32,467 nucleotides of DNA, taken from IMG/VR virus record IMGVR_UViG_3300045988_047216, positions 1 to 32,467 of that record; one strand, given 5' to 3'. A program made the translations under genes and the position numbers. This DNA is from a virus. The notes below the pieces were generated by a model. It searched no databases. It worked only from the letters and a program-made list of their open reading frames with translations, and was not told where the DNA came from. This document shows positions 8,691 through 16,533 of this stretch, in pieces (positions within the stretch are counted from its first letter, which is position 1; every line of letters starts with the position of its first letter).

Positions 8691-9417
8691 TGAAGACGTG
8701 AGAACCTATAATGTAGGAAACTCAGACTATGCAAAGTATAAAATTCAGCCGTGGGATATCTGGAAAGAATACCAGCTTAACCCATGGGACGCGGATATAG
8801 TGAAACGCGTGTTACGTAACAAATCAGGTGAGTCACGAAAGATGGATTATGAGAAAATTATCCATGTGTGTAAAGAACGGATACGTCAGTTAGATGAAAC
8901 CGCCGCAGATGGTGCAGAAGAAATATCGAACGCTGAGGATGTAGACGGTACAACGGTTATATGTCCGTGCGAGATTGACAAGCCGGCGATGTCTCAAAGT
9001 TCTACCACCAGACCCGGGGGTTTGTGTTATGCTGTGTACTCAGTGTTTAAAAGCGATTCTAAATGGTACGCGTACCTCGGATATGGTATAAAAAATAAGG
9101 CACATGTATATCTGCAAATTACCGGGAGTCCGTTATGGACTTATACAAAATTTAACGGGTATCCAGATTTAACGTTTATGAAGTCCAACGCTATTAACAA
9201 CGAAAATCATATTTACTCAGTGAAAATTGGTTCTACAGGTACTGACTATGTATTATACGACTATCTAATACATGAGGGCGTTATGTATAGGTATTTCGGA
9301 TTTGACTCGAAAAGAGGGTACTATTATAAAAGATTCGATAAAAACGGGTCTATAAATACTGTCTATGCGATAAGTAAGATAACAAACGAAGCCGAACAGG
9401 TAACATGCAAGAAATAG
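8674..9417 (+). CDS. DUF3310-like N-terminal domain protein with Tyr-rich C-terminal extension
   Basis: The N-terminus SDYAKYKIQPWDIWKEY...WDADIVKRVLRNK resembles the DUF3310 signature (Y..IQP.D....gNiiKY..R). The C-terminal ~150 aa are Tyr/Gly rich with no recognised domain. Confidence 0.6.
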   Translation: MKQSNSEDVRTYNVGNSDYAKYKIQPWDIWKEYQLNPWDADIVKRVLRNKSGESRKMDYEKIIHVCKERIRQLDETAADGAEEISNAEDVDGTTVICPCEIDKPAMSQSSTTRPGGLCYAVYSVFKSDSKWYAYLGYGIKNKAHVYLQITGSPLWTYTKFNGYPDLTFMKSNAINNENHIYSVKIGSTGTDYVLYDYLIHEGVMYRYFGFDSKRGYYYKRFDKNGSINTVYAISKITNEAEQVTCKK

Positions 9418-9743
9418 TAAGCGAGAAAGCACTGGAAAAAACATTCAGTGCTTATCTTAACCAGACAAAAAGGGTGTGGGTAATAAAACTATTATCCACC
9501 TTTGTTAAAGGTCTACCAGACCGTTTAATTCTGTGCCGTGGTGGTTTTGTAGGATTTGCCGAGATAAAGACTACAGGTAAAAAACCTACAAAGATACAGA
9601 CCTACATTCATGGCAAATTGCGCGCTTTGGGATTTCCCGTGTTCGTGATAGACGATATAGAGAGTAGGGATGCTGCAATAAGATATTTCTTAAACAACGT
9701 TAAGGAAATAACCAACGTATCCGGCAAACCATTATCTTTGTAA
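9405..9743 (+). CDS. VRR-NUC domain nuclease
   Basis: GLPDRLILCRGGFVGFAEIKTTGKKPTKIQ gives a PD..(E)xK core followed by a conserved Q, then LRALGFPVFVI. The size (~110 aa) and the pairing with an SNF2 helicase are typical. Confidence 0.7.
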   Translation: MQEIVSEKALEKTFSAYLNQTKRVWVIKLLSTFVKGLPDRLILCRGGFVGFAEIKTTGKKPTKIQTYIHGKLRALGFPVFVIDDIESRDAAIRYFLNNVKEITNVSGKPLSL

Positions 9744-9767
9744 TATAACATTAAAACCAATAAATAT

Positions 9768-10064
9768 ATGGAAACAATTAAAGATTTACAAGACAAGCTG
9801 AGTTTAGTTCTTTGGGTTAACCGTAATCTCGGTAAACTTTGCGAATTTACTGGGCTTAACTCCGAAGAAGAGGAAGTACTACAAATGGGTCGGATAATTG
9901 GATATAACGTTGAAACCAGCGATTGCGCCGTTGTTATTATTGAGAGGTTCAAAAACAAAGACGGATGGACTCACATAAGTGCAGGTGATATGATTATGTT
10001 TTCACCATTTGAAAGCTCTTCCTTTGCCTACAAATTGTTAAACGAAATAAATATAATAGTATGA
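9768..10064 (+). CDS. hypothetical protein (member a of the RxVGY..GW paralog family)
   Basis: ORF on the coding strand. It shares GRIIGYN...VVIIE...DGWT...DMIMF...FAYKLLNEI with 10061-10465 and 12828-13091. Confidence 0.55.
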   Translation: METIKDLQDKLSLVLWVNRNLGKLCEFTGLNSEEEEVLQMGRIIGYNVETSDCAVVIIERFKNKDGWTHISAGDMIMFSPFESSSFAYKLLNEINIIV

Positions 10065-10465
10065 TAGATGTAGAAAAATGGGTTAAAAAGCATTTAGGCA
10101 GAACAGTTCTGTTTAAACGGGGTCTTATGGACACAGTTTGTCGCGTAGTAGGATATAATATGTTAGACGACAATGTTATTGTAGAAATTATAGGTAGTGC
10201 GCTTAAATATTCTGGGTGGACATTTACAGAACCCGACGACATTATAATGCTCGATTGTGATGAGAGAGCTACTTTTTGGTACGCCAAAATAGACAAGCTT
10301 TATATGCAGCCGAAAGCTTTTGAACTTCCCGCAAAGGAAATGTTGGATGCTTTGGACACTCTTTCTCGGAACTTTTCGCTGTGTACTAAGGCAACCGAGT
10401 ATGATAGAAAACTAATTGGAGAATGTATTTCAAACTTAAAAGTAAAAATTTATGAGTTCAAATAA
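10061..10465 (+). CDS. hypothetical protein (member b of the RxVGY..GW paralog family)
   Basis: ATGA start/stop overlap with the upstream ORF. Contains CRVVGYN...IVEIIG...SGWT...DIIML...FWYAKIDKL. Confidence 0.6.
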   Translation: MIDVEKWVKKHLGRTVLFKRGLMDTVCRVVGYNMLDDNVIVEIIGSALKYSGWTFTEPDDIIMLDCDERATFWYAKIDKLYMQPKAFELPAKEMLDALDTLSRNFSLCTKATEYDRKLIGECISNLKVKIYEFK

Positions 10466-10712
10466 GAAGCGCACAACGCGCGAAGAAATCGAGTACCGTC
10501 TCGGTTTGTATTTCAGTATTAAGTCCGGCGTAATGTACGTCCGTGATGAAAAGTACGGGACACAAGAAGAGGTTCTACAGCAGTTGGAAAACGAGGTTAT
10601 TGCGGATGTAAAGTACCTGCTCAAAAAAGAATTGGGGCTGTTTCTCGACCCGGAATTGTCTTTCAAAGATGTAGCCCTGCTATATCGCGATAAACTGATG
10701 GTTAGGCCATGA
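10452..10712 (+). CDS. hypothetical protein
   Basis: ORF that overlaps both neighbours in an operon-style arrangement. No motif recognised. Confidence 0.5.
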   Translation: MSSNKKRTTREEIEYRLGLYFSIKSGVMYVRDEKYGTQEEVLQQLENEVIADVKYLLKKELGLFLDPELSFKDVALLYRDKLMVRP

Positions 10713-10909
10713 CGGACTATCTTAATGTCGAGGTGTCCTCTCAGAAAGGGAATTCACAAGTAAAAGCCAATGGCGCGACCGGGTATAAGAATATAATCCA
10801 TGTGATGAGAACCGTACCTATAAGAGAGGTATTACATGTTAGGCTAGAAATGTTAAAGCTGCTACGTATGATAGATGACGCTCTAACAGACGATTATAAA
10901 AGTGATTAA
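10709..10909 (+). CDS. hypothetical protein
   Basis: ATGA overlap with the upstream ORF. No motif recognised. Confidence 0.45.
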   Translation: MTDYLNVEVSSQKGNSQVKANGATGYKNIIHVMRTVPIREVLHVRLEMLKLLRMIDDALTDDYKSD

Positions 10910-10926
10910 TGTAAAACTAATTAGAT

Positions 10927-11100
10927 ATGAAGAAGATAAAGAAAGTAACCCGGAGAGCTTTTACCGAAAAGCAACTTGATATGTTAGAACAGTATCATTA
11001 CCTATACAAGAAGCTATGGCGTATTGGTCTATCAGATGATGAATCAGAATATTATGATTCACTTGCAGAGAAGATAAGAAAGCTTATTGTAATTTATTAA
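10927..11100 (+). CDS. hypothetical small protein (57 aa)
   Basis: Hand-read ORF MKKIKKVTRRAFTEKQLDMLEQYHYLYKKLWRIGLSDDESEYYDSLAEKIRKLIVIY that fills the gap before the SNF2 gene. It is below the track cutoff. Confidence 0.4.
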   Translation: MKKIKKVTRRAFTEKQLDMLEQYHYLYKKLWRIGLSDDESEYYDSLAEKIRKLIVIY

Positions 11101-11187
11101 TAACAAATAAAATATGAAGCATTATCACGAAGAAGAAATACCTATTGAGGAAGACTTTAACCCGTGGGACGATAAAGAAAGAGCATT

Positions 11188-12591
11188 ATGATGCAAAGAA
11201 ACCAACTGCATAGTTATCAGGAACGAGGCGTCAGTCATATACTGGATAACCCGTATTGCGCCTTGTTCCTTGATATGGGTCTCGGAAAGACCGTAACCAC
11301 GCTGACTGCCATAAAGGAGTTGCTTGATAACTGTATCATAGGTAACGCACTTGTGATAGCACCTAAAAAGGTTACACAGGTAACGTGGTCTGATGAAATC
11401 AAGAACTGGGCACATCTGCAAGGTGTAACCATATCTGTGATTGACGGCAACGTGAAACAGAGACGGGATGCCATGAGACGCAAGGCCGACATATACGCGG
11501 TCAGCCGGGATAATATCGTTTGGTTGGTTACCGAGATGGGCGGTGTAAAACTGCCCTACGATATGGTAGTGATTGACGAGTTATCCAGTTTCAAGAACCA
11601 CCAGTCGAAACGTTTCCGGGCCCTACGCAAAGTGAGGAAGTTCATCCCGCGCGTTGTGGGTCTCACCGGTACGCCATCACCTAACGGTCTTATAGACTTG
11701 TACGCCCAGATGTATCTGATTGACGAGGGCGAGCGTCTCGGAAAGACCATAACAGGATACAGGGATAGGTTTTTTAGGCCAGATAAACGTAACGGCGATA
11801 TAGTTTATACCTACGCACTTAAAAAGCCCGCAGACGAGACGGAAAAGGCCATCAGTGACCTTATCAGTGATATAACCATATCCATGACTGCTGAGGATTA
11901 TCTAAAGATGCCGGATAAAATCATGTTATACGATTATGTCGATATGTCAGACCGGTGTTTGAAAGACTACGAGAACTTCGTCATGGAACAGGTGTTGGAA
12001 CTCATCAACTCGGACGAACCGATTACAGCCGCCTCGGCGGCAGCACTGAGTAACAAGTTACAGCAGTATGCGAATGGGGCGATTTACGATGCCGACCGTA
12101 ACGTTAGGGAAATCCATGAGGAGAAGTTGGAAAAGCTAAAAGAACTCGTGGAGGCCGCAAACGGTTCGCCTGTCCTCGTGGCCTACCAATATCAGCACGA
12201 CTTGCACAGGATTATGAAAGCCCTTAAGGAGTATAACCCTGTGAAACTCGAAAAGCCGGAACAGATTGCTGATTGGAACGCCGGAAAGATAGAAGTACTG
12301 GTTACTCATCCGGCCTCGGCGGGACACGGACTCAACTCGCAAAAAGGCGGTAACATACTGGTCTGGTTCGGCAACACGTGGAGTCTGGAACTTTACATGC
12401 AGTTCAATGCAAGACTGTACAGGCAGGGACAATCGAAGCCTGTGTATATCCACCACATTGTAACGCGTGGGACAATAGATGAGAAAATTATAAAAGCATT
12501 ATCCGACAAAAAGGAAACACAGGACGGGTTGATGCAAAGTATTAAAGAATTAATGGAGGATTATAAAAATGAAAAATTACAAAAAAGATGA
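11188..12591 (+). CDS. SNF2/RAD54-family helicase (SF2 ATPase)
   Basis: Motif I is LDMGLGKT, motif II is VIDELSSF and motif III is LTGTPSPNGLIDLY. The C-terminal helicase lobe has GLNSQ and QFNARLYRQGQ (motif VI). Confidence 0.9.
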   Translation: MMQRNQLHSYQERGVSHILDNPYCALFLDMGLGKTVTTLTAIKELLDNCIIGNALVIAPKKVTQVTWSDEIKNWAHLQGVTISVIDGNVKQRRDAMRRKADIYAVSRDNIVWLVTEMGGVKLPYDMVVIDELSSFKNHQSKRFRALRKVRKFIPRVVGLTGTPSPNGLIDLYAQMYLIDEGERLGKTITGYRDRFFRPDKRNGDIVYTYALKKPADETEKAISDLISDITISMTAEDYLKMPDKIMLYDYVDMSDRCLKDYENFVMEQVLELINSDEPITAASAAALSNKLQQYANGAIYDADRNVREIHEEKLEKLKELVEAANGSPVLVAYQYQHDLHRIMKALKEYNPVKLEKPEQIADWNAGKIEVLVTHPASAGHGLNSQKGGNILVWFGNTWSLELYMQFNARLYRQGQSKPVYIHHIVTRGTIDEKIIKALSDKKETQDGLMQSIKELMEDYKNEKLQKR

Positions 12592-12847
12592 TGTAGTGTA
12601 TCTGAATTATGATATTAAACGAGAGTTCGGAATAAATAAAATGCACTACACGTGCCCGGCGAAATACCTCGGCAGGTTTAAAGACAAGTTCGGTCTTACT
12701 GGTACTGTGTATTGTTTTAAACCCATAGGAAGTGCAGAACCTTATGAAGCTGTACAATTCAAGTCCGAAGAAGTGAACGGAGAAATACTATCAAGTGTTG
12801 TACCATTTAGTGAAAAACCCGTCTGCTATGGGAAAGTTAAGTGCTAA
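12569..12847 (+). CDS. hypothetical protein
   Basis: The ORF overlaps the SNF2 3' end and is preceded by GGAGGA. No motif recognised. Confidence 0.5.
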   Translation: MKNYKKDDVVYLNYDIKREFGINKMHYTCPAKYLGRFKDKFGLTGTVYCFKPIGSAEPYEAVQFKSEEVNGEILSSVVPFSEKPVCYGKVKC

Positions 12848-13091
12848 AGACTTCGCAAAGAAGTTTGCCGGGGAATACTATATGTTCCGAGGCAAAAGAG
12901 TGAGAATAGTAGGCTACTACAGACGCGGAAGTGGAAGAAAGCCCATCAGGCTTATAGTAACAGGGTTGCGCAGCGGATGGAAATATGAGTACTTGAAAGA
13001 CAGCCCGGAACATGTGTTTACCGCACGTGTGCAGGCCGCAACGGTATGGTATGCAGATATTAACGAATTAAGCGGATACTATCCATTATGA
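12828..13091 (+). CDS. hypothetical protein (member c of the RxVGY..GW paralog family)
   Basis: The track ORF 12795-13091 has no ATG at its start. The first in-frame ATG is 12828 (MGKLSAKDF). Contains VRIVGYY...IRLIVTG...SGWKY...VWYADINEL. Confidence 0.5.
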   Translation: MGKLSAKDFAKKFAGEYYMFRGKRVRIVGYYRRGSGRKPIRLIVTGLRSGWKYEYLKDSPEHVFTARVQAATVWYADINELSGYYPL

Positions 13092-13303
13092 AAAAGAAAA
13101 TTTTGATTGTAGGAAAACAGGGAGTAGGCAAAACACAGTTGGCCGACATCCTTTCATTAGCATATGGTCTTCCTGTAACGAAGGGAATACAGAACATGTC
13201 ATCACTGCCGGACGAAGACGGGATATATACAACCGACTCGACAGGGTTCAAGTCAGTAAGAGTCGCAAATTTGTATGGTTTCACTTTAATATACATAGAG
13301 TAA
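13088..13303 (+). CDS. 71-aa ORF with an N-terminal Walker A (P-loop) motif
   Basis: MKKKILIVGKQGVGKTQLADIL matches GxxxxGK[ST] after a beta-strand-like leader. At 71 aa it is too short for a complete NTPase fold. Confidence 0.45.
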   Translation: MKKKILIVGKQGVGKTQLADILSLAYGLPVTKGIQNMSSLPDEDGIYTTDSTGFKSVRVANLYGFTLIYIE

Positions 13304-13452
13304 TGGCAGCAATAATGTTTAGTATAGCCGTTATAGTAGCGATAGTATGCGGCGCAGGTTTTATAGGCGGGATTATCCTTGTTCTTCGCGAGATAGCTAA
13401 ATTCTGGTATGAATTAACAGATAACGACGATGATAAGTCCTATAAGGGTTAA
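13303..13452 (+). CDS. hypothetical small membrane protein (49 aa)
   Basis: Hand-read ORF with a TAATG overlap to the upstream stop. MAAIMFSIAVIVAIVCGAGFIGGIILVL forms one hydrophobic helix, followed by an acidic tail. Confidence 0.35.
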   Translation: MAAIMFSIAVIVAIVCGAGFIGGIILVLREIAKFWYELTDNDDDKSYKG

Positions 13453-13867
13453 ATTCATAGACATAGCGTATTCGATGAATGTGCATGTCTTTATAATATG
13501 GGAGTTCATAAGGCGATATGGCTATGAACGAGGCGTGAGAAAGGATAAGTACGGCCGTGGCGATGTGAGTGCTGTAGCGTGCCGCAAATGGATACACAAG
13601 CTATACGAGTATATACAGGAACAGGATTTCTCGTATAAGCAGGATGTAAACAAGCGGCAATATATTTTCCGAGACGAGAAGCGTTTGGCCGAAGAGAAAC
13701 GTAACGAACAGGACGTGAAACGCGTGTACTCAGTTGATAAGGATGGTAATATCATCCGCACGACACTGTTAGGACAGGACGGTGATACAGGCCAAGTACA
13801 CAGGTGGGATGTGTACATCCAAGGATGGAAATATGTGAAAACGATATTATTCATTAATAAAAAGTAG
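13430..13867 (+). CDS. hypothetical protein (last gene of the early/replication arm)
   Basis: Long + strand ORF followed by a strong terminator. The start is ambiguous (ATG 13430 or in-frame ATG 13475). No motif recognised. Confidence 0.5.
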   Translation: MISPIRVKFIDIAYSMNVHVFIIWEFIRRYGYERGVRKDKYGRGDVSAVACRKWIHKLYEYIQEQDFSYKQDVNKRQYIFRDEKRLAEEKRNEQDVKRVYSVDKDGNIIRTTLLGQDGDTGQVHRWDVYIQGWKYVKTILFINKK

Positions 13868-13910
13868 CAATTTGTAAGGACAATATAGCTTTACACATTG
13901 ATAGGTAATC

Positions 13911-13952
13911 GGGCTTATTTGATAATAAAATGTCAAATAAGCCCGTTTGTTT
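13911..13952 (+). terminator. rho-independent terminator
   Basis: A 12-bp perfect stem, GGGCTTATTTGA (13911-13922) with TCAAATAAGCCC (13933-13944), is followed by GTTTGTTT. Confidence 0.7.
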
Positions 13953-14058
13953 ATGGTTTTCTCAGCAAATCGCAGCCAAAATGCGAATGTAAATCTGTGT
14001 ATTCAAGTGTATTATTTTGTTAATCAAAAATTATTTACGGATTTTACAAGATTTTGCA

Positions 14059-14535
14059 AAATGTTTACGTTATTTTATTTACATCCCTAAAATCTGTCAC
14101 GGATAACTGATTGAGATACAGCAAGTTAAAAAAGTACGAAAATGGCTTTGTCACGGATAACTAATTGAGATACAGTGTTTTAGCTAAAATAGAAAAATGT
14201 TGATGTCACAGGTTTGTCACAACTTTAGTCACAGCTAACTTATTGATACATACCTATTTATATCTACTGTGACAACAAAGTATATATTTTATATAAAAGA
14301 GTATATTGGAAAACATCATAGAATTGCAATGTAGAGATAGCAATTATTGCTAAATTCACCCTACAGAAGTGTTTAGGGCGTTTTCTGTGTCACATACTGG
14401 GTTTTTTCTTGTAAGTGATTGATAGGCATGTAGTTATCCGTGACAAATGTTGTTACAAATGTTGTTACAAGCTTTTGTTAGTTTGTCACACTTGAGATAA
14501 GTTGCTGATTGATAGGTTGTTATCCGTGACAAACG
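14059..14535 (+). repeat. non-coding module copy A: TGTCAC/GTGACA site array with nested inverted 13-mers, a diverged direct repeat of 30932-31405
   Basis: TGTCAC lies at 14095, 14149, 14204, 14215, 14388 and 14484, and GTCAC at 14228. GTGACA lies at 14269, 14440 and 14526. TGTCACGGATAAC lies at 14095-14107 and 14149-14161, with its exact reverse complement at 14433-14445 and 14519-14531. No credible ORF. Confidence 0.85.
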
Positions 14536-14689
14536 TTGTTTGTAAAGAAAAGCTGCAAGAGATGCAGGTTTGAAAACGGATTCTGGGTATATTGTAGGCC
14601 ACAAACATACTACAAAGATGTGTATAAACAAACTGGTAGGCGGTCGGATTGAGAACTGGGCACTAATTGCTTTTGTGTTATAGGTGATG

Positions 14690-14697
14690 TACTTTTG
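14690..14697 (+). promoter_or_regulatory. Bacteroidota-type -7 box TACTTTTG
   Basis: Exact TAnnTTTG match 68 nt upstream of ATG 14765. A TTTG lies at 14672-14675. Confidence 0.45.
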
Positions 14698-14764
14698 TGT
14701 CGTTCGCGTATACTTTATTAATGTCGCGCGCGCATTATTTAGAACGATTATAAATAAGAAAGAT

Positions 14765-15388
14765 ATGGCTGGAAAGCGAGAAAAGGGTGATAAGGGTCTA
14801 ACTAAAGACGCTCCGAAGAATAAAGCTACGGGCGTTGCACCCATCCCCAAAAGTGAGATAACCCAATGCACACAACTATACGAGGTTGTACAAACACGAG
14901 GCCTGAAAGGGGTCACACTAAGCAGCATGGAGGAATGTATTAATTATGTGGCTGAGTACATGCAGTTCTGTAGGGATAACCCGTACTTCACGCAAGAAGT
15001 GATAAAGGGCGGCGCTTTGGCCGGTACTACTGTCCCTATAGAGAAGAAACGCGCGGCGACGCCTCAAGGCTTTTGTCTGTTTATCGGATGGAGCATAAGA
15101 ACCTTTAATAAGAATATGGAAAGACTTGAAAAGCTCACGAACGATGGAGACACCGAGGCGGAAATATTGCTGCTCGGTTACGCCCTTATAAAAGAGATAC
15201 TAACCAACGATATGGACGAAGCAGCGTTGGCCGGTCTGGTAGACGCTTCGTATATGGCTCGATTGCGCGGTTTGCGTGACCTTAAGGATGTAACCAGCAA
15301 TGGTAAAGAAGCAGGCACGAAAGCCATGCAGATTAATGTGCTGTCTACCGAGGCGGTCGAGAACCTTAAGAAGTTAGGAGGTATCTGA
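14765..15388 (+). CDS. terminase small subunit (gp3-packaging-like)
   Basis: Its stop overlaps the TerL start (TGATG). It has a basic N-terminus. EECINYVAEYMQFC...TPQGFCLFIGWSIRTFNKN resembles the helix-turn-helix core of DNA-packaging gp3/TerS families. I chose ATG 14765 rather than the track's upstream non-ATG start at 14684. Confidence 0.65.
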   Translation: MAGKREKGDKGLTKDAPKNKATGVAPIPKSEITQCTQLYEVVQTRGLKGVTLSSMEECINYVAEYMQFCRDNPYFTQEVIKGGALAGTTVPIEKKRAATPQGFCLFIGWSIRTFNKNMERLEKLTNDGDTEAEILLLGYALIKEILTNDMDEAALAGLVDASYMARLRGLRDLKDVTSNGKEAGTKAMQINVLSTEAVENLKKLGGI

Positions 15389-16533
15389 TGAACGTTACGT
15401 TCACATTTGAAAAGCTGTTGGCCGCGTTCGTCAATCCGCGTATCCGCGGTGTGGCGAGCAAGGGCGGTACTCGTTCGGGCAAAACGTGGGCTGTGATGCA
15501 ACTTCTTCACCTGCTTTGCAAACAGACCGATAAGCCGCTTATCGTATCGTGCGTGGCCGCAACGCTGCCGATGGTTAAGCGAGGCATGCAGCGCGACTTT
15601 AAAACGATGCTGCTTGCTGAAAACGATTGGGAAGAGGAACGGTTTAATAAATCCGAGGGAACTTATACCTATCCTAATGGAAGCATGATAGAATTTTTCG
15701 GTGTCGACAATGCAAGCAAGGTTCACGGGTCTGCCCGCGATGTGCTGTTCGTCAATGAGGCTCAGAGCGTACCACGCGAGATATTCCGGCAGCTTGACAT
15801 CCGTACCCGTAAGAAAGTTATCATTGACTTTAACCCGGTTCGCAAATTTTGGGGCGAAACGGAGTTCGTAGGCGACCGATACGTCACTATCCGTTCGACT
15901 TATAAGGATAATCCCTATCTGAGCAAGGAACAGGTTAGCGCGATAGAGAAGAACCGTAACGATGCTAACTGGTGGCGCGTATATGGCGAGGGCGAGACAG
16001 GCGGTGTAGAGGGCAACGTCTACCCGGAATATGATGTTATCGAGGACATGCCGGAAACGTTCACAGGCCGATGCCTCGGGCTCGACTTTGGGTTTGTCAA
16101 TGACCCGACCGCGATAGTTGATATTCGATTTCAAGGATGGGATTTATATGTTGACTTGCTTTGCTACGAAACTGGACTGCTCAATTCGCATATCGCCGAG
16201 TACTTGACCGCCAATTCAATCAACCGCGTAGTGACGGTGTGCGATAATGCCGAGCAAAAGTCTATTGCCGAACTACAGGCAAAGCGTGTAAAAGCAATGC
16301 CATGTATCAAAGGACGCGGTTCGGTCGCTGGCGGTATCGCGCAGGTCAAACAGTTTAGATTGCACGTCACCAAGCGATCGGTCAAGCTATTGGACGAGCT
16401 TGATAACTATAAGTGGATAAAAGACGAGGCAACCGATACATACACCAACGAGCCGATAGACGCGTGGAACCATGCGTTGGACGCATTGCGATACGGAGTT
16501 GATTATTTAATTAGAAAATACCGACCGAAATGA
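15388..16533 (+). CDS. terminase large subunit (compact, PBSX-like)
   Basis: Walker A is GGTRSGKT and Walker B with the catalytic Glu is VLFVNEAQ. The RNaseH-like nuclease acidic motifs are GLDFGF, VCDNAE and HALDALRY. Confidence 0.9.
   Translation: MNVTFTFEKLLAAFVNPRIRGVASKGGTRSGKTWAVMQLLHLLCKQTDKPLIVSCVAATLPMVKRGMQRDFKTMLLAENDWEEERFNKSEGTYTYPNGSMIEFFGVDNASKVHGSARDVLFVNEAQSVPREIFRQLDIRTRKKVIIDFNPVRKFWGETEFVGDRYVTIRSTYKDNPYLSKEQVSAIEKNRNDANWWRVYGEGETGGVEGNVYPEYDVIEDMPETFTGRCLGLDFGFVNDPTAIVDIRFQGWDLYVDLLCYETGLLNSHIAEYLTANSINRVVTVCDNAEQKSIAELQAKRVKAMPCIKGRGSVAGGIAQVKQFRLHVTKRSVKLLDELDNYKWIKDEATDTYTNEPIDAWNHALDALRYGVDYLIRKYRPK

Noticed and set aside
14433-14531. The TTATCC-containing 13-mers as DnaA boxes
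   Set aside because: Only the TTATCC half matches the DnaA box consensus TTATCCACA. The 3' half is GTG(ACA), not ACA. I therefore treat them as sites for an unknown factor rather than as DnaA boxes.
14684-14764. An upstream extension of the TerS ORF as given in the track (start 14684)
   Set aside because: The extension has no ATG at its start and would place the TAnnTTTG box (14690-14697) inside the coding sequence. ATG 14765 (MAGKREKG...) gives a typical basic TerS N-terminus.
14434-14928. A 164-aa minus-strand ORF spanning the right part of non-coding module A and the TerS 5' end
   Set aside because: It runs through the repeat and inverted-repeat field and into the TerS coding region on the opposite strand. 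It has no motif. The open frame is more simply explained as a chance event in AT-rich repeats.
15178-16134. A 318-aa ORF on the minus strand, antisense to TerS/TerL
   Set aside because: It lies entirely inside two motif-supported + strand genes (the TerL Walker A/B and nuclease motifs). It has no recognisable motifs, a low-complexity Arg/Ala/Leu-rich composition typical of antisense frames, and no upstream promoter-like box. Every other gene in the genome is on the + strand.
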